The notes under the pieces: model-generated
The model's database searches: none
What the model was told of the DNA's origin: nothing
Seen by the model: the letters and a program-made list of their open reading frames with translations, nothing else
Assembly: GCA_034670305.1 (NCBI GenBank)
Contig: JAXMNT010000023.1
Span: 1 to 64,000 of the forward strand
DNA from: Deltaproteobacteria bacterium
GTDB lineage: Bacteria > Myxococcota_A > Polyangia > Polyangiales > Houyiibacteriaceae
Length of the DNA stretch: 64,000 bases
Direction of reading: 5' to 3'
Made by a program: the position numbers and the translations under genes
Shown here: piece by piece, positions 42,584 through 51,961 of the stretch
How the letters are laid out: the number at the start of each line of letters is the position of its first letter
How positions within the stretch are numbered: position 1 is the stretch's first letter

Positions 42584-45247
42584 TCACGGACAGATGTTGC
42601 AGCCGAACTCGCAGCAGACGCCCCCGCCGCAGGTGTCGCCCATTTCGACGCAGGTGCCGGCGCCATCGCAGCTCGTGATGTGGCACGGGTACTCGTCGAT
42701 GATGGAGCAGTTGCTCCCGAACGATCGGAACCCATCGGGCGGGCAGTTGGGGCCGCTGCCGTTGCAGCTCTCGGTGAGGTCGCACATGCCGACGGCAGCG
42801 CGGCACGTGCCGCTCGATCGGTAGCCATCCGGCGGACACGCCGCGGCGCTCCCCGAACACGTCTCGGCGACGTCGCAGACGCCCATGCGTGCCCGGCAGG
42901 TGTTGCCGCTCAGAAACCCATCGGTCGGGCATGCGGCGGAACTTCCCGTACAGTTCTCCGCCACATCGCACACGCCGGCGCTCGCGCGGCAGGTGGTTCC
43001 GCCCGACACGAAGCCGTTGCTCGGACAGGACGCGCTCGAGCCCGTGCACGTCTCGGCGACGTCGCAGCTGCCCGCGCTCGCTCGACACACGGTGGCGCCG
43101 GACAGGAACGAGTCTCCTGGGCAAGACGCGCTCGAGCCGGAGCAGGTCTCCGCGACATCGCAGCTGCCCGCGCTCGCGCGGCACGTGGTCCCGCCGGAGA
43201 CAAACCCGTTGCCGGGACACGCATCGCTGACGCCCGTGCAAGTCTCGGCGACGTCGCAGCTTCCGGCGCTCGCGCGACACACGGTGCCCATGGTCGCCAG
43301 ACTGTTGCTCGGACAGTTCGCGCTCGAACCGGTGCAGGTCTCCTGCACGTCGCACACGCCGGTGGAACTCCGGCAGACGTTCGAGGTCGGCAAGAACGTG
43401 TTCGATGGGCACGTCTTCGCGGCGCCGTTGCAGGTCTCCGCGACGTCGCATACGCCACCCGACGCGCGGCATTCGAATCCGTTCGGACGGACCGAGTCGC
43501 TCGGACACGCCGGGCTGCTGCCGTTGCAGGTCTCGGCGATGTCGCAGGGGCCGGAGGCCGCGCGGCACGTGCCGCCGCTCGCGAAGCCATCGGCGGGGCA
43601 ACTCGGGGAGCTGCCGGTGCAGTCTTCGGCCATGTCGCACGGACCGGCCGAAGCGCGGCACTCGAAACCCGCGTCGCGGAACCGCTCACGCACACACACC
43701 GGCGATCCGCCGCTGCAATCGATGATGCCGATCTCGCAGACGTTGCCGGTGTTGCACGAGTCGCCACACCCCAAATCGAGGCAGGCCCCCGCGCCGTCGC
43801 AGACCTGCCCACCGGAGCAGCTGGTGCCGGCCATGGTGAATGCATCGTCCGGACAAGTCGTCGCGGATCCGTCGCACACCTCCGCTTCGTCGCACTCCCC
43901 GCTCGCGGCGCGACAAGTGGTGGACCCACCGAGCCGGGCGTCCATCGGACAGGACGCGCCGCTCCCGGTGCACGTCTCCTCGGCGTCGCAGGGACCGGTC
44001 GCCGCACGGCAGACCGCGCTCGAGGGTTCGAACGCGTCGGGCGGACAGGCAGGGCTCGATCCATCGCAGGTCTCCACCGCGTCGCACACCCCGGACGCAC
44101 CGCGGCAGGTCGTGCCGGCCGTCACCCGCACATCGGCCGGACACGCCGCGCTCGCGCCGTCGCAGGCTTCGGCGACATCGCACGCGCCCGATGCGGCGCG
44201 GCATTCGGTTCCGTCGTCCTTGAACCCGGTCGCTTCGCATCGCGGGACGTCTCCTTCGCACACCACGGTGCCGGTCTCGCAGGCGCCGCCTGGTTCGCAT
44301 GCGGTGCCCGGTTCGCACCCGCCGCAGCTGCCCGCGTTGCAGAACCCCGACGCGCACTCGGTCCCGGTCGGCACGAACGCGTCGGTCGGACAGTTGGGGG
44401 CTTCTCCGTCGCAGACTTCTTCGACGTCGCACTCGCCCGTCGCGGGGCGGCAGACTTCGCCCGCCTCGAGCACGCCCACGGTCACGCAGACCGGGCTGCC
44501 CGAGCTGCACTCGGTGCGGCCTTGTTCGCACCCGTTGCCGGTGTCGCAGGGCGCGCCGTCTTCGCATCCTGCGTCCGCGCCGGCGTCTCCGGTGCCGGCG
44601 TCGCCCGCAGTCGGCAAGAGTTCGCACCCGCGGTCCGGGATGCAGACTTCCCCTTCGGGGCACGCGTCCATCGCGGGCGCGAGAAAACACCCGCCCTCCA
44701 AACACACCGGCGTCGAACAAGCGGCACCACTCGGACAGTCCGCGTTGGTGTCGCAGTTGGCTTCGCCGCACGCTTCGGGGGTGTCGGGGGTGCACTCTGG
44801 CTCCACGCACACGCCGTTGTGGCAGGCGGTGGCGGAAGCTGCGCCCGCGCCCGGACAGGTGATCGAGAGGCAGCTCCGGGTGAAGACGACCGTGGTGACG
44901 GTGTCGCCGCTGATGGTCACGTTGACGAGGCGCTGCCCCACTTGGCGGCCGTCCAGCCCGAACAGCCGCGCGCGCAACGAGCGGGCTCCGTCGCGCAGGT
45001 CGGTGAACTCAGCGACCCGCAGGCCGGTGAGCAGGTCGGCGTTCAAGAGCACCTGCGAGGTCTCGGTCAGGTCGGGACCGTCGTCGGAGATGAGCTCGAT
45101 GGAAACCTCCCCGACTTCGACCCCGGGCACGAGATCGGTGCGGAGGTCGACGATCAGACTCGGCCCGTCGTTGCCGCACCCGAGCGTGGCGCCACAAAGC
45201 ACCGCGAGGCAGAGGAACCAACGGACATCAAAGGAAGGGAACGACAT
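42584..45247 (-). CDS. Cys-rich lipoprotein with 15 disintegrin-like repeats
   Basis: Lipobox TLGC; repeats CRxxxGxCDxxExCxGxxxxCPx(D/N) of about 32 aa. Confidence 0.9.
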   Translation of the reverse strand: MSFPSFDVRWFLCLAVLCGATLGCGNDGPSLIVDLRTDLVPGVEVGEVSIELISDDGPDLTETSQVLLNADLLTGLRVAEFTDLRDGARSLRARLFGLDGRQVGQRLVNVTISGDTVTTVVFTRSCLSITCPGAGAASATACHNGVCVEPECTPDTPEACGEANCDTNADCPSGAACSTPVCLEGGCFLAPAMDACPEGEVCIPDRGCELLPTAGDAGTGDAGADAGCEDGAPCDTGNGCEQGRTECSSGSPVCVTVGVLEAGEVCRPATGECDVEEVCDGEAPNCPTDAFVPTGTECASGFCNAGSCGGCEPGTACEPGGACETGTVVCEGDVPRCEATGFKDDGTECRAASGACDVAEACDGASAACPADVRVTAGTTCRGASGVCDAVETCDGSSPACPPDAFEPSSAVCRAATGPCDAEETCTGSGASCPMDARLGGSTTCRAASGECDEAEVCDGSATTCPDDAFTMAGTSCSGGQVCDGAGACLDLGCGDSCNTGNVCEIGIIDCSGGSPVCVRERFRDAGFECRASAGPCDMAEDCTGSSPSCPADGFASGGTCRAASGPCDIAETCNGSSPACPSDSVRPNGFECRASGGVCDVAETCNGAAKTCPSNTFLPTSNVCRSSTGVCDVQETCTGSSANCPSNSLATMGTVCRASAGSCDVAETCTGVSDACPGNGFVSGGTTCRASAGSCDVAETCSGSSASCPGDSFLSGATVCRASAGSCDVAETCTGSSASCPSNGFVSGGTTCRASAGVCDVAENCTGSSAACPTDGFLSGNTCRARMGVCDVAETCSGSAAACPPDGYRSSGTCRAAVGMCDLTESCNGSGPNCPPDGFRSFGSNCSIIDEYPCHITSCDGAGTCVEMGDTCGGGVCCEFGCNICP

Positions 45248-45349
45248 GCAGAACGCCTCGGCTGGTGGACGAGAGCTCGTCCACGAATGGCCTAGCGTAG
45301 CAGGCTGGGAATACCGGGCCCGGGGACGAATCGGCCGTTGACCGGTGCG

Positions 45350-46285
45350 TCAGCGTCGGGAGAGCGCTCGGAGGATCGCGGCGGTGACCTCGATGGGGCG
45401 CTCGAGGTGCAGAAAGTGTCCAGCGCCTTCGATGCGTTCGAGGTGAAATCCGGCTGCGGCGACGAGTGCGTCTCCAGGCGTTGCGAGGGCCACGGCGAAC
45501 GCCGGGTCCTTCGTGCCCCAGACCACCGACACCGGTGCTTCGATGCGCGTCACGCTCTCTAGGATCGCATCCGGGTCGCGGGCGAGCAGCGCCGTGTAGT
45601 ACGTCATCATCGCCTTCATCGCGCCGGGGCGCAGCGCGGCGGTCGCGTAGGGATCGAGTGTGCGCCAGGCGGGCTTTCGTTTCGCGAACCACCAGAGCAT
45701 CAGCCGCTGGGGCCAAGCGCGAAACCGCCGGTAGACAAACGCGGCGAACCGGCGCATCCGGAAGAAGTAGAAGTAGAAGCTGCGCAGCTTCTGCCGGAAC
45801 GTCTTCCAGGAGCGCGCGAACACCGCAGGGTGCGGCATGTTCATGACGAGCAGGTGCGCGAGGCGGGCCGGGTGGCGCATCGCGAACATCCATGCGGCGA
45901 CCCCGCCCCAGTCGTGCCCGATCACGATCGCGGTGTCGGCGCCGAGCGCATCCAAGAGCGCGGCCACGTCGTCGCCGATCCGTTCGGGGGTGTAGTCGTC
46001 GACGGCTTCGGGTTTGGAGGAGCGGTCGTACCCGCGCATGTCGGGCGCCACCACGCGGTAGCCCGCTTCCACGAGGGCTGGGATCTGATGACGCCAGCCG
46101 TACCAGTGTTCGGGGAACCCGTGCAGCAGCACCACGAGGGGGAGCGCGGGATCGCCCTGCGCGACGTAGAAGAGCGCCACGTCGTCGGTGATCTGCGCGA
46201 CGCCGTGTTCCAGTTCGGGCCACCCACCCTCGAGTGGATCCTCCGGAGTCACCGGCGTCGCGTCGTGTCGAAGCGGCTCGGTCAC
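45350..46285 (-). CDS. Alpha/beta hydrolase, epoxide-hydrolase-like
   Basis: LLHGFPEHWYGWRHQ, PDMRGY, GHDWGG, WGTKD, GHFLH. Confidence 0.9.
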   Translation of the reverse strand: MTEPLRHDATPVTPEDPLEGGWPELEHGVAQITDDVALFYVAQGDPALPLVVLLHGFPEHWYGWRHQIPALVEAGYRVVAPDMRGYDRSSKPEAVDDYTPERIGDDVAALLDALGADTAIVIGHDWGGVAAWMFAMRHPARLAHLLVMNMPHPAVFARSWKTFRQKLRSFYFYFFRMRRFAAFVYRRFRAWPQRLMLWWFAKRKPAWRTLDPYATAALRPGAMKAMMTYYTALLARDPDAILESVTRIEAPVSVVWGTKDPAFAVALATPGDALVAAAGFHLERIEGAGHFLHLERPIEVTAAILRALSRR

Positions 46286-46914
46286 GCTGTCGCTGCCTTC
46301 GACCCGCCGGTGAGGTGAAAGACCGCGCCGGGGTGCACGCGTTCGGTGTCGACCTCGAAGAACTGGAGCGTCGCGGTCTCGTCGTCGAGGACAGCGAAGC
46401 CCGGGCGGTCTTTGCGGTACAGCGTGCCGACGTTCAGGACCGTGAGCGCGGGATGGGAAGGTCGCGCCAGGGTTCGGACCATCCGCACGTGGGTGTGGCC
46501 GCAGACCATCAGCGCATGGTCGCCCACGTCTGCGATCAGGGCCGTCGCCTCGGCGCGCGGTTGCCCAGGAAGCAGGAGGCTCATGTCGTCTTCGCCGACG
46601 CCATGGCAGAGCAACAACGAACCGAGCCGCGTGTCGAACGGGACGCTGGTCGGCCACGCGCGGATCGTGTCCATGGAACGCGAGGAGAGACGCGCGGGGG
46701 TCTGACCACCCTCGAGCAACCAGCGCTCGTGGTTGCCGCGCACCACTGTCGCGCCGACATCGGTCAGCCTCGAGACACAGGTCTCGTCCGAGCCGAGCCC
46801 GTCCACCACGTCGCCCACGCACGCGACCCTGTCGACCTCGGTTCGAAACCAGGCCAGCGCGACCTCCAGGCGCAGGTCTTCGGCGTGCACGTCCCCGAGC
46901 AATCCCATCCGCAC
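46282..46914 (-). CDS. Metallophosphoesterase (calcineurin-like)
   Basis: GDVH, GDVVD, RGNHE, CHG, GHTH, NVG; GTGA overlap with the downstream gene. Confidence 0.9.
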   Translation of the reverse strand: MRMGLLGDVHAEDLRLEVALAWFRTEVDRVACVGDVVDGLGSDETCVSRLTDVGATVVRGNHERWLLEGGQTPARLSSRSMDTIRAWPTSVPFDTRLGSLLLCHGVGEDDMSLLLPGQPRAEATALIADVGDHALMVCGHTHVRMVRTLARPSHPALTVLNVGTLYRKDRPGFAVLDDETATLQFFEVDTERVHPGAVFHLTGGSKAATA

Positions 46915-47006
46915 CCCGCGACGGTAGCAGGAGTGGCCGCCGCGTGGTCGGTGCTCGCGCTTCGGTTGGGGCGCCGGGGCCGCGCGCATTTGGTATGTTG
47001 TGCGCG

Positions 47007-48227
47007 ATGCGCTCTTCCGCTTTGGTGCTCGCCTGCCTCGTGGGGTTGTCCGCGCCTCGTTCCACCCACGCACAGACGGTGGCCGACATCGCTGCCCGTG
47101 GCGCGTGCAGCACGGCGGGGGTCGAAGCGATCAGCCTGCAGCTGGCCGAAGCACAGATGTGTTTGCGCCCCGGTGCGTTCGTGGCGTTTGCACCCCACGC
47201 CGGCATCTCGCTCTCGTCGTCGCGGGTGCACCCGTTCCTTCAAGCGACCGCACGCGATGCGCTCCACCGGGCCGCGGCCCGCATCGACCTCACGGTGAAC
47301 TCCGCGTTCCGCACCGTGGCCGACCAATACGTGCTCTACCACTCCGGCGGCTGCGGACTCGCCGCCACACCGGGCAACAGCAACCACCAGTCCGGCCGAG
47401 CGCTCGACATCGGCAACTACACGGCGGCTCGGAGCATCCTCGAGTCCGAAGGCTGCGCGTGGCTCGGCTCCTCGGACCCGGTGCACTTCGATTGCCCCGG
47501 TTCGGACCAACGACCGGACTCGGTGTTGTCGTTTCAGACTCTGTGGAACGTGAACAACCCCGGCGACACGATCGCGGAAGACGGCCGCTACGGACCCATG
47601 ACCGAGGCGCGCCTCGGCCGCACGCCGGCCGGCGGCTTTGCGATGGGCGCGTGCGGATGCGAACCCGGCTGCGACGGCAACACGGTGGTGGGCGCGGACT
47701 GTTCGAGGGCCGACTGCGCGGCGGGGGACGTGTGCAGCGAGACCGGCGGCGCGCACTGCGAGACGCCGACGTGTCCCGCGACCGGAACCACCACCACGTG
47801 CGCGTCGCCCACCGAAGTGCGGACCTGCACCGACGGGGCGGAGAGCGTGACCGCGTGCGCCGACGACCGCATGTGCTTCGGCGGCGAATGCCTCGCCGGC
47901 CCGTGCGACGGAGTGAGCGGCACCGTCTGCGCAGACGCGAACACGTTGGTGACGTGCGCCGCGGGTGCGGTCGACATGACCATGACCTGCCCGGCCGGCT
48001 GCGTGGGCGGCGCCGGCGTCGCGCGCTGCGCCACCGAGATCCCCGACGCGGGCCCTGCGCCCGATGCCGGCATGCCCACCGACGCCTTCGTGCCCGAAGA
48101 CGCATTCGTCGCGCCGCCATCGGTGGGCCGCGTCATCGGTGGCTGTGGCTGCCGCACCGAAGGCAGCCCGACCACCGCCTTGTGGTGGCTCCTCGCTGCC
48201 GTGTGCCTCCGCCGCCGCGTTCGCTAG
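47007..48227 (+). CDS. M15/VanY-like peptidase with PG-binding segment, Cys-rich stalk and MYXO-CTERM tail
   Basis: SAFRTVADQ, SNHQSGRALD, DPVHF; EDGRYGPMT; tail GGCGCRT...LWWLLAAVCLRRRVR. Confidence 0.85.
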   Translation: MRSSALVLACLVGLSAPRSTHAQTVADIAARGACSTAGVEAISLQLAEAQMCLRPGAFVAFAPHAGISLSSSRVHPFLQATARDALHRAAARIDLTVNSAFRTVADQYVLYHSGGCGLAATPGNSNHQSGRALDIGNYTAARSILESEGCAWLGSSDPVHFDCPGSDQRPDSVLSFQTLWNVNNPGDTIAEDGRYGPMTEARLGRTPAGGFAMGACGCEPGCDGNTVVGADCSRADCAAGDVCSETGGAHCETPTCPATGTTTTCASPTEVRTCTDGAESVTACADDRMCFGGECLAGPCDGVSGTVCADANTLVTCAAGAVDMTMTCPAGCVGGAGVARCATEIPDAGPAPDAGMPTDAFVPEDAFVAPPSVGRVIGGCGCRTEGSPTTALWWLLAAVCLRRRVR

Positions 48228-48311
48228 GAAGCTGCCAGAGCCGCAAGAAAGAAAGTCGCGCCAGTCGACGCGGTACTGCGTTCAGTAGGTGAACGGATGG
48301 TAGGAGGCACT

Positions 48312-49337
48312 ATGCGATGGACGACGATGTGCGGTGCGCTCTTGTGGGCGTGTGGTTCGGGGGGTGCTGCGATCCCGGAGGCAACCGGGGAGACGACCTC
48401 GGGCGGTGACGCCGACCGAGTTGCACACGCGGTGCCGCCCGAGGCGCAGGAGCCCACCATCGAGTGCGCCAGCGGACCCGCGCGCACAGCAGAAACGCGG
48501 TGGGTGCGTGGACTGCGGGACCGGGGCAGTGGCATCAGCACCAGCGTGACCCATGGAGATACATGGTTGCCGGAAGTCGAGGGGATCGAAGCGGCCTTCG
48601 CGGCGGTCACCCCGGAAGACACGGTGGTTCGCCATCGCGGGGAGATCCGGTTCCTGGACCTGCGCGACGAAGAGAACTGGGCCTTGCTCGCGCAGATTCG
48701 CAGTGCCGTGACAGTGCTTGTGCCGACCCAGCTTCTCGACGACCCCGCGCGCGCGGCCTCCTTGCACGCACTCAGCGCGTGTCAGGACGTGCTGGTGCAG
48801 GCGGAGTGGAACGATGCATCCGACGTCGAGGGGTTGCGCACGCTGACCCACATCGTCGGGCTGCAAATCGCTTCGACGGCCGACACGCGCGGTCCCACCA
48901 TTCGCTCGGAGCAGATGCGGCGTCTCGCCGGGCTTCGGGATCTGCGGCTCCTGGCGTTCACCAACGTGGGCAACTACATCGAAGACTGGATCGCCCAGTT
49001 CGTCCACCTGCGCACGTTCTTTCGCGGCACTTGTTCGGTATGCGACTACCTGAATGACGAGGGGCTCGGGCACATCGCTGCGCTGCCACGGATCGAATCC
49101 GTGTCGGCGCGCGGTTTCGCCCTCACCGACGCGGGCGTGGCGCACTTCGCGAATGCGCCCAACCTGCGAACCTTGCACCTCTTTGGTGACGGACTCACCC
49201 GCGCCGCGGTCGAGGCGGTGGGCAACCCGCCCAACCTCGAGGTCCTGTATTTGTACTCGAGCTCCGAGGAAGAACAGGAGCCGCTTCGGGCGAACCTGCA
49301 AGCGTGGATCGACGCGCACCCGCCCGCCGACCCCTGA
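48312..49337 (+). CDS. Lipoprotein with leucine-rich repeats
   Basis: AGGAGG RBS; lipobox LWAC; LNDEGLGHIAALPRIESV, LTDAGVAHFANAPNLRTLHL. Confidence 0.8.
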   Translation: MRWTTMCGALLWACGSGGAAIPEATGETTSGGDADRVAHAVPPEAQEPTIECASGPARTAETRWVRGLRDRGSGISTSVTHGDTWLPEVEGIEAAFAAVTPEDTVVRHRGEIRFLDLRDEENWALLAQIRSAVTVLVPTQLLDDPARAASLHALSACQDVLVQAEWNDASDVEGLRTLTHIVGLQIASTADTRGPTIRSEQMRRLAGLRDLRLLAFTNVGNYIEDWIAQFVHLRTFFRGTCSVCDYLNDEGLGHIAALPRIESVSARGFALTDAGVAHFANAPNLRTLHLFGDGLTRAAVEAVGNPPNLEVLYLYSSSEEEQEPLRANLQAWIDAHPPADP

Positions 49338-49347
49338 CGCTTGCCAA

Positions 49348-49379
49348 GGCCGCGAGTCTCGCGACGCGAGCCAGGCCCG
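49348..49379. repeat. 32-bp dispersed structured repeat, copy 1
   Basis: GGCCGCGAGTCTCGCGACGCGAGCCAGGCCCG; 30/32 identical to 60569-60600. Confidence 0.8.
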
Positions 49380-49492
49380 CGGTGGCACGAAGATCGTGCG
49401 TGGCGAATCGTCACGGGTGGGGCGAAGGGTCCGGGTCTCGGTGCGTTTGTCCCTGTTTTTACGGCGGAATGGGGTTTGCACCAATTCTCCCC

Positions 49493-50089
49493 ATGACAGA
49501 TTCCAACCACACTCACTTCGTTTGCGCCGTCGGCAGCGAAGACGACCTGCCGGTCATGCGCGAAGCGTACCGGCTGGCGCGCCACTACGACGACGCGACC
49601 GTACACCTCGTCCACGTCATCTCGACTGCGGACGGATTCGATGCCCGCGGCGCCAACCTGGCGGAGCTGGACGAACGACTTCGAATGTCGCGTGCGCACC
49701 TCTGGCAACTGCATGAACGTGCCGCGGGTTCCGCTGGCACACCCTTCGGGGTGCACGTCGACGTGCGGATTGGAGAGCGCGAGGACGCGTTGATCCAAGC
49801 CGCTGACAGTTTGGCCGCGCAGGTCTTGTTGGTCGGTTGCCCGCCCGATGATCCCGCTGGCTACATGGCCTGGCATCCGACCTTGACCGCCCGTCTCTCG
49901 TTCGCGGCACCGTGTTCGGTGTTGGTCGTCCGCCCCAACGAGACGCGCGATGTGCCGAAGCCGGTCGTCCAGCCGCCGCCCGCACCGGGCGTGCACGAAC
50001 GCGAGATCGAAACCATTCACACCTACCGCGGCGGACGCGTGGGTGAACAGCGCGCAAGCGTAGGAGGCACGTTTGGCAAACCTGCATGA
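49493..50089 (+). CDS. Universal stress protein family
   Basis: VCAV..., VHLVHV, VRIGERE.ALI..A....AQVLLVG, APCSVLVVRP. Confidence 0.8.
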   Translation: MTDSNHTHFVCAVGSEDDLPVMREAYRLARHYDDATVHLVHVISTADGFDARGANLAELDERLRMSRAHLWQLHERAAGSAGTPFGVHVDVRIGEREDALIQAADSLAAQVLLVGCPPDDPAGYMAWHPTLTARLSFAAPCSVLVVRPNETRDVPKPVVQPPPAPGVHEREIETIHTYRGGRVGEQRASVGGTFGKPA

Positions 50090-50265
50090 ACTCGTGAGCT
50101 TCGGAAGGCTCGGTTGGCTCTTCTTCGAACAGGACCTCCGCCGACGGATCGTACGGCGGCGGAGGCACCGAACCGTCGATCCCGACGCGCGCGATCCGCC
50201 TACGCCGACTCTGCGACTTCCCAGACGGCACCGTGGACCCCACGGGGTCGCTTTCGTTTTGGTGC

Positions 50266-50508
50266 TCAGGCCAGTTGTTTGCGCACCGGGCGGCGGGCCA
50301 ACCGGAACGCGAGCCAGAGGGCCACTGCCCCGGCGAGAGAAAGGACCACCGCCACGAGGGTCGGACCCGCCGTGTCGACCCTGGAGAGGTCGACGTCGCT
50401 GACGTCGGAGAAGGCCCGGAAGGTCAGGATGCCAAAGCCGTAGACCAACCCGACACCGAGGGAGGCGAGGCCGAGGCCGGCGACGGAGACTACGCCGAGC
50501 CACTTCAT
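50266..50508 (-). CDS. Small two-TM membrane protein
   Basis: MKWLGVV...; two hydrophobic helices; ATGA overlap with the upstream gene. Confidence 0.65.
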   Translation of the reverse strand: MKWLGVVSVAGLGLASLGVGLVYGFGILTFRAFSDVSDVDLSRVDTAGPTLVAVVLSLAGAVALWLAFRLARRPVRKQLA

Positions 50509-50882
50509 GACGGCGCTCGCGTCCTGGCGGCGAATGTGAACGCCACCAGGCTCACCCCGAGCTGAAGGCCCCGGAACGGCAAGAGCACCGCCGCGACCAG
50601 CAGCGCAGCCCACAGCGCATCTCGAATCCACAGGACCGCGACGCCGCAGAGCAAGACCATCCAGGCGAGCTGGGCGGCGCGGAACCACAGCACCCTGCGT
50701 TGGCTCGCGCGGATGTCGAGCACCAGCAGCACCGTGAGCACCAAGGGTGAGGCGAGGTAGGCCCAGGTCAGTGCGGAGACGTTGGGATGGGTGAAGAGCA
50801 GGGCGCTGAGCCCCACCTCCATGAGGACGACGAGGCCGAGAAGCGCTCGCGCGGTCTTGGCGTGGTTGGCGGGATGGGTCAT
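50505..50882 (-). CDS. Small four-TM membrane protein
   Basis: MTHPANHAK... followed by hydrophobic helices. Confidence 0.65.
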   Translation of the reverse strand: MTHPANHAKTARALLGLVVLMEVGLSALLFTHPNVSALTWAYLASPLVLTVLLVLDIRASQRRVLWFRAAQLAWMVLLCGVAVLWIRDALWAALLVAAVLLPFRGLQLGVSLVAFTFAARTRAPS

Positions 50883-50986
50883 GCGCCCTTGGATGAGCCT
50901 GGCGGGCACCCGCTGGAAGGGGGCAAAAACGCCCCCCCCTCGCGAAGAGGGATGGCCCCCGTCGGCCCGCCGTGCATGATCGGCCC

Positions 50987-51952
50987 ATGGCGGCGCTGGA
51001 CACGCGGGTGCTGATGGAGGTGATGCTCGAGCGCTTCGGAGAGACCCTCGGGGCACTCGCCACCGCGGGCGGGCGTCGGGAGTCGCTCGCCCGGGCCGAG
51101 GGGCTGCTCTTCCTCCACACCACCGAGGCGCTCCGACGCCAGGGGCTCAGCGCCAAAGTCCTCACCGACCTCTTCGGCTTCGCCTCGCTGACGAGCCTTC
51201 GTCGAAAGCTGCGCAAGATCCGCGAAGCACGCTTGGACGACACCCGCTCGCTGCGACAGTTCATCCTCGGCCGCGTCGCCGAGCGGGGTGCCACCCGCGC
51301 CTCACTCCTCGCCGAGCTCGAGACGCGCGACTCGGCCATCGTGCGGGGACTCATCCGCGACCTGATGGCGGAGGGTGTGCTGCAGGAGTCGGGTGCCGAG
51401 GGGCTCGAGCTCGCGCGCGCCACGCCCGAAGCCGACCTCTCGGCGGCTGCGCTCGAGCAGCTCGTCCACGTCCTCGTCGGCGAACGCTCGAGGACCGAGG
51501 CGGAACTCGAACAGTGTCTGGGCGTGTCGCGCGAACGGGTGACCGCCGCGGCCGAGCGGCTGGTCTCGCTCGGCGTGGCGGAGCGGCACGGTGAGAGCCT
51601 GCGGTCCGGCACGAGCTGGGACCTCTTCCCAGCCTACGAGACCGACGCCGCCACGACCGGGCTCATGCATCACTTCCACGGCGTGTGTCGCGCGATCGTC
51701 GGCACCGTCCGCAAGTGGGACGAATTCGAGAGCCCGGCCGGGCTCGTGCCGCCGGCGGTGATCACTGCGACCTTCGAGGTCACCGCGGACGACCCGCTGC
51801 GAGCCGAGCTCCTCGGCGCCCACGAGCGGTTCTGCGCTGAGATCCGCGCGCTCTACGAACGCCACCAGGCCGAGGGCGCGACCGGTGCCTGCACCACCCG
51901 CATCACCCTCTACGCCGGCACCGCCGTTGACCCGATCCCGCCGACCGAGTGA
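50987..51952 (+). CDS. Putative multi-HTH DNA-binding protein
   Basis: HTH-like GLSAKVLTDLFGF; wHTH-like TRASLL...VRGLIRDLMAEGVL and TEAELEQCLGVSRERVTAAAERLVSLGV. Confidence 0.65.
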   Translation: MAALDTRVLMEVMLERFGETLGALATAGGRRESLARAEGLLFLHTTEALRRQGLSAKVLTDLFGFASLTSLRRKLRKIREARLDDTRSLRQFILGRVAERGATRASLLAELETRDSAIVRGLIRDLMAEGVLQESGAEGLELARATPEADLSAAALEQLVHVLVGERSRTEAELEQCLGVSRERVTAAAERLVSLGVAERHGESLRSGTSWDLFPAYETDAATTGLMHHFHGVCRAIVGTVRKWDEFESPAGLVPPAVITATFEVTADDPLRAELLGAHERFCAEIRALYERHQAEGATGACTTRITLYAGTAVDPIPPTE

Positions 51953-51961
51953 ACGCGAGCG

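Noticed and set aside
42584-44480. CRISPR-like periodicity of about 96 bp
   Set aside because: The repeats are degenerate, in frame and encode Cys modules; there is no repeat-spacer structure and no cas gene.
49383-49399. Sigma54 promoter upstream of the USP gene (TGGCACGAAGATCGT)
   Set aside because: The -24 element fits, but the -12 reads TCGT instead of TTGC, and it overlaps a repeat flank.
49617-50243. Minus-strand ORF with protein-like PPPPYDP...EEEPTEP
   Set aside because: It overlaps most of the well-supported USP gene and shows no recognisable domain.
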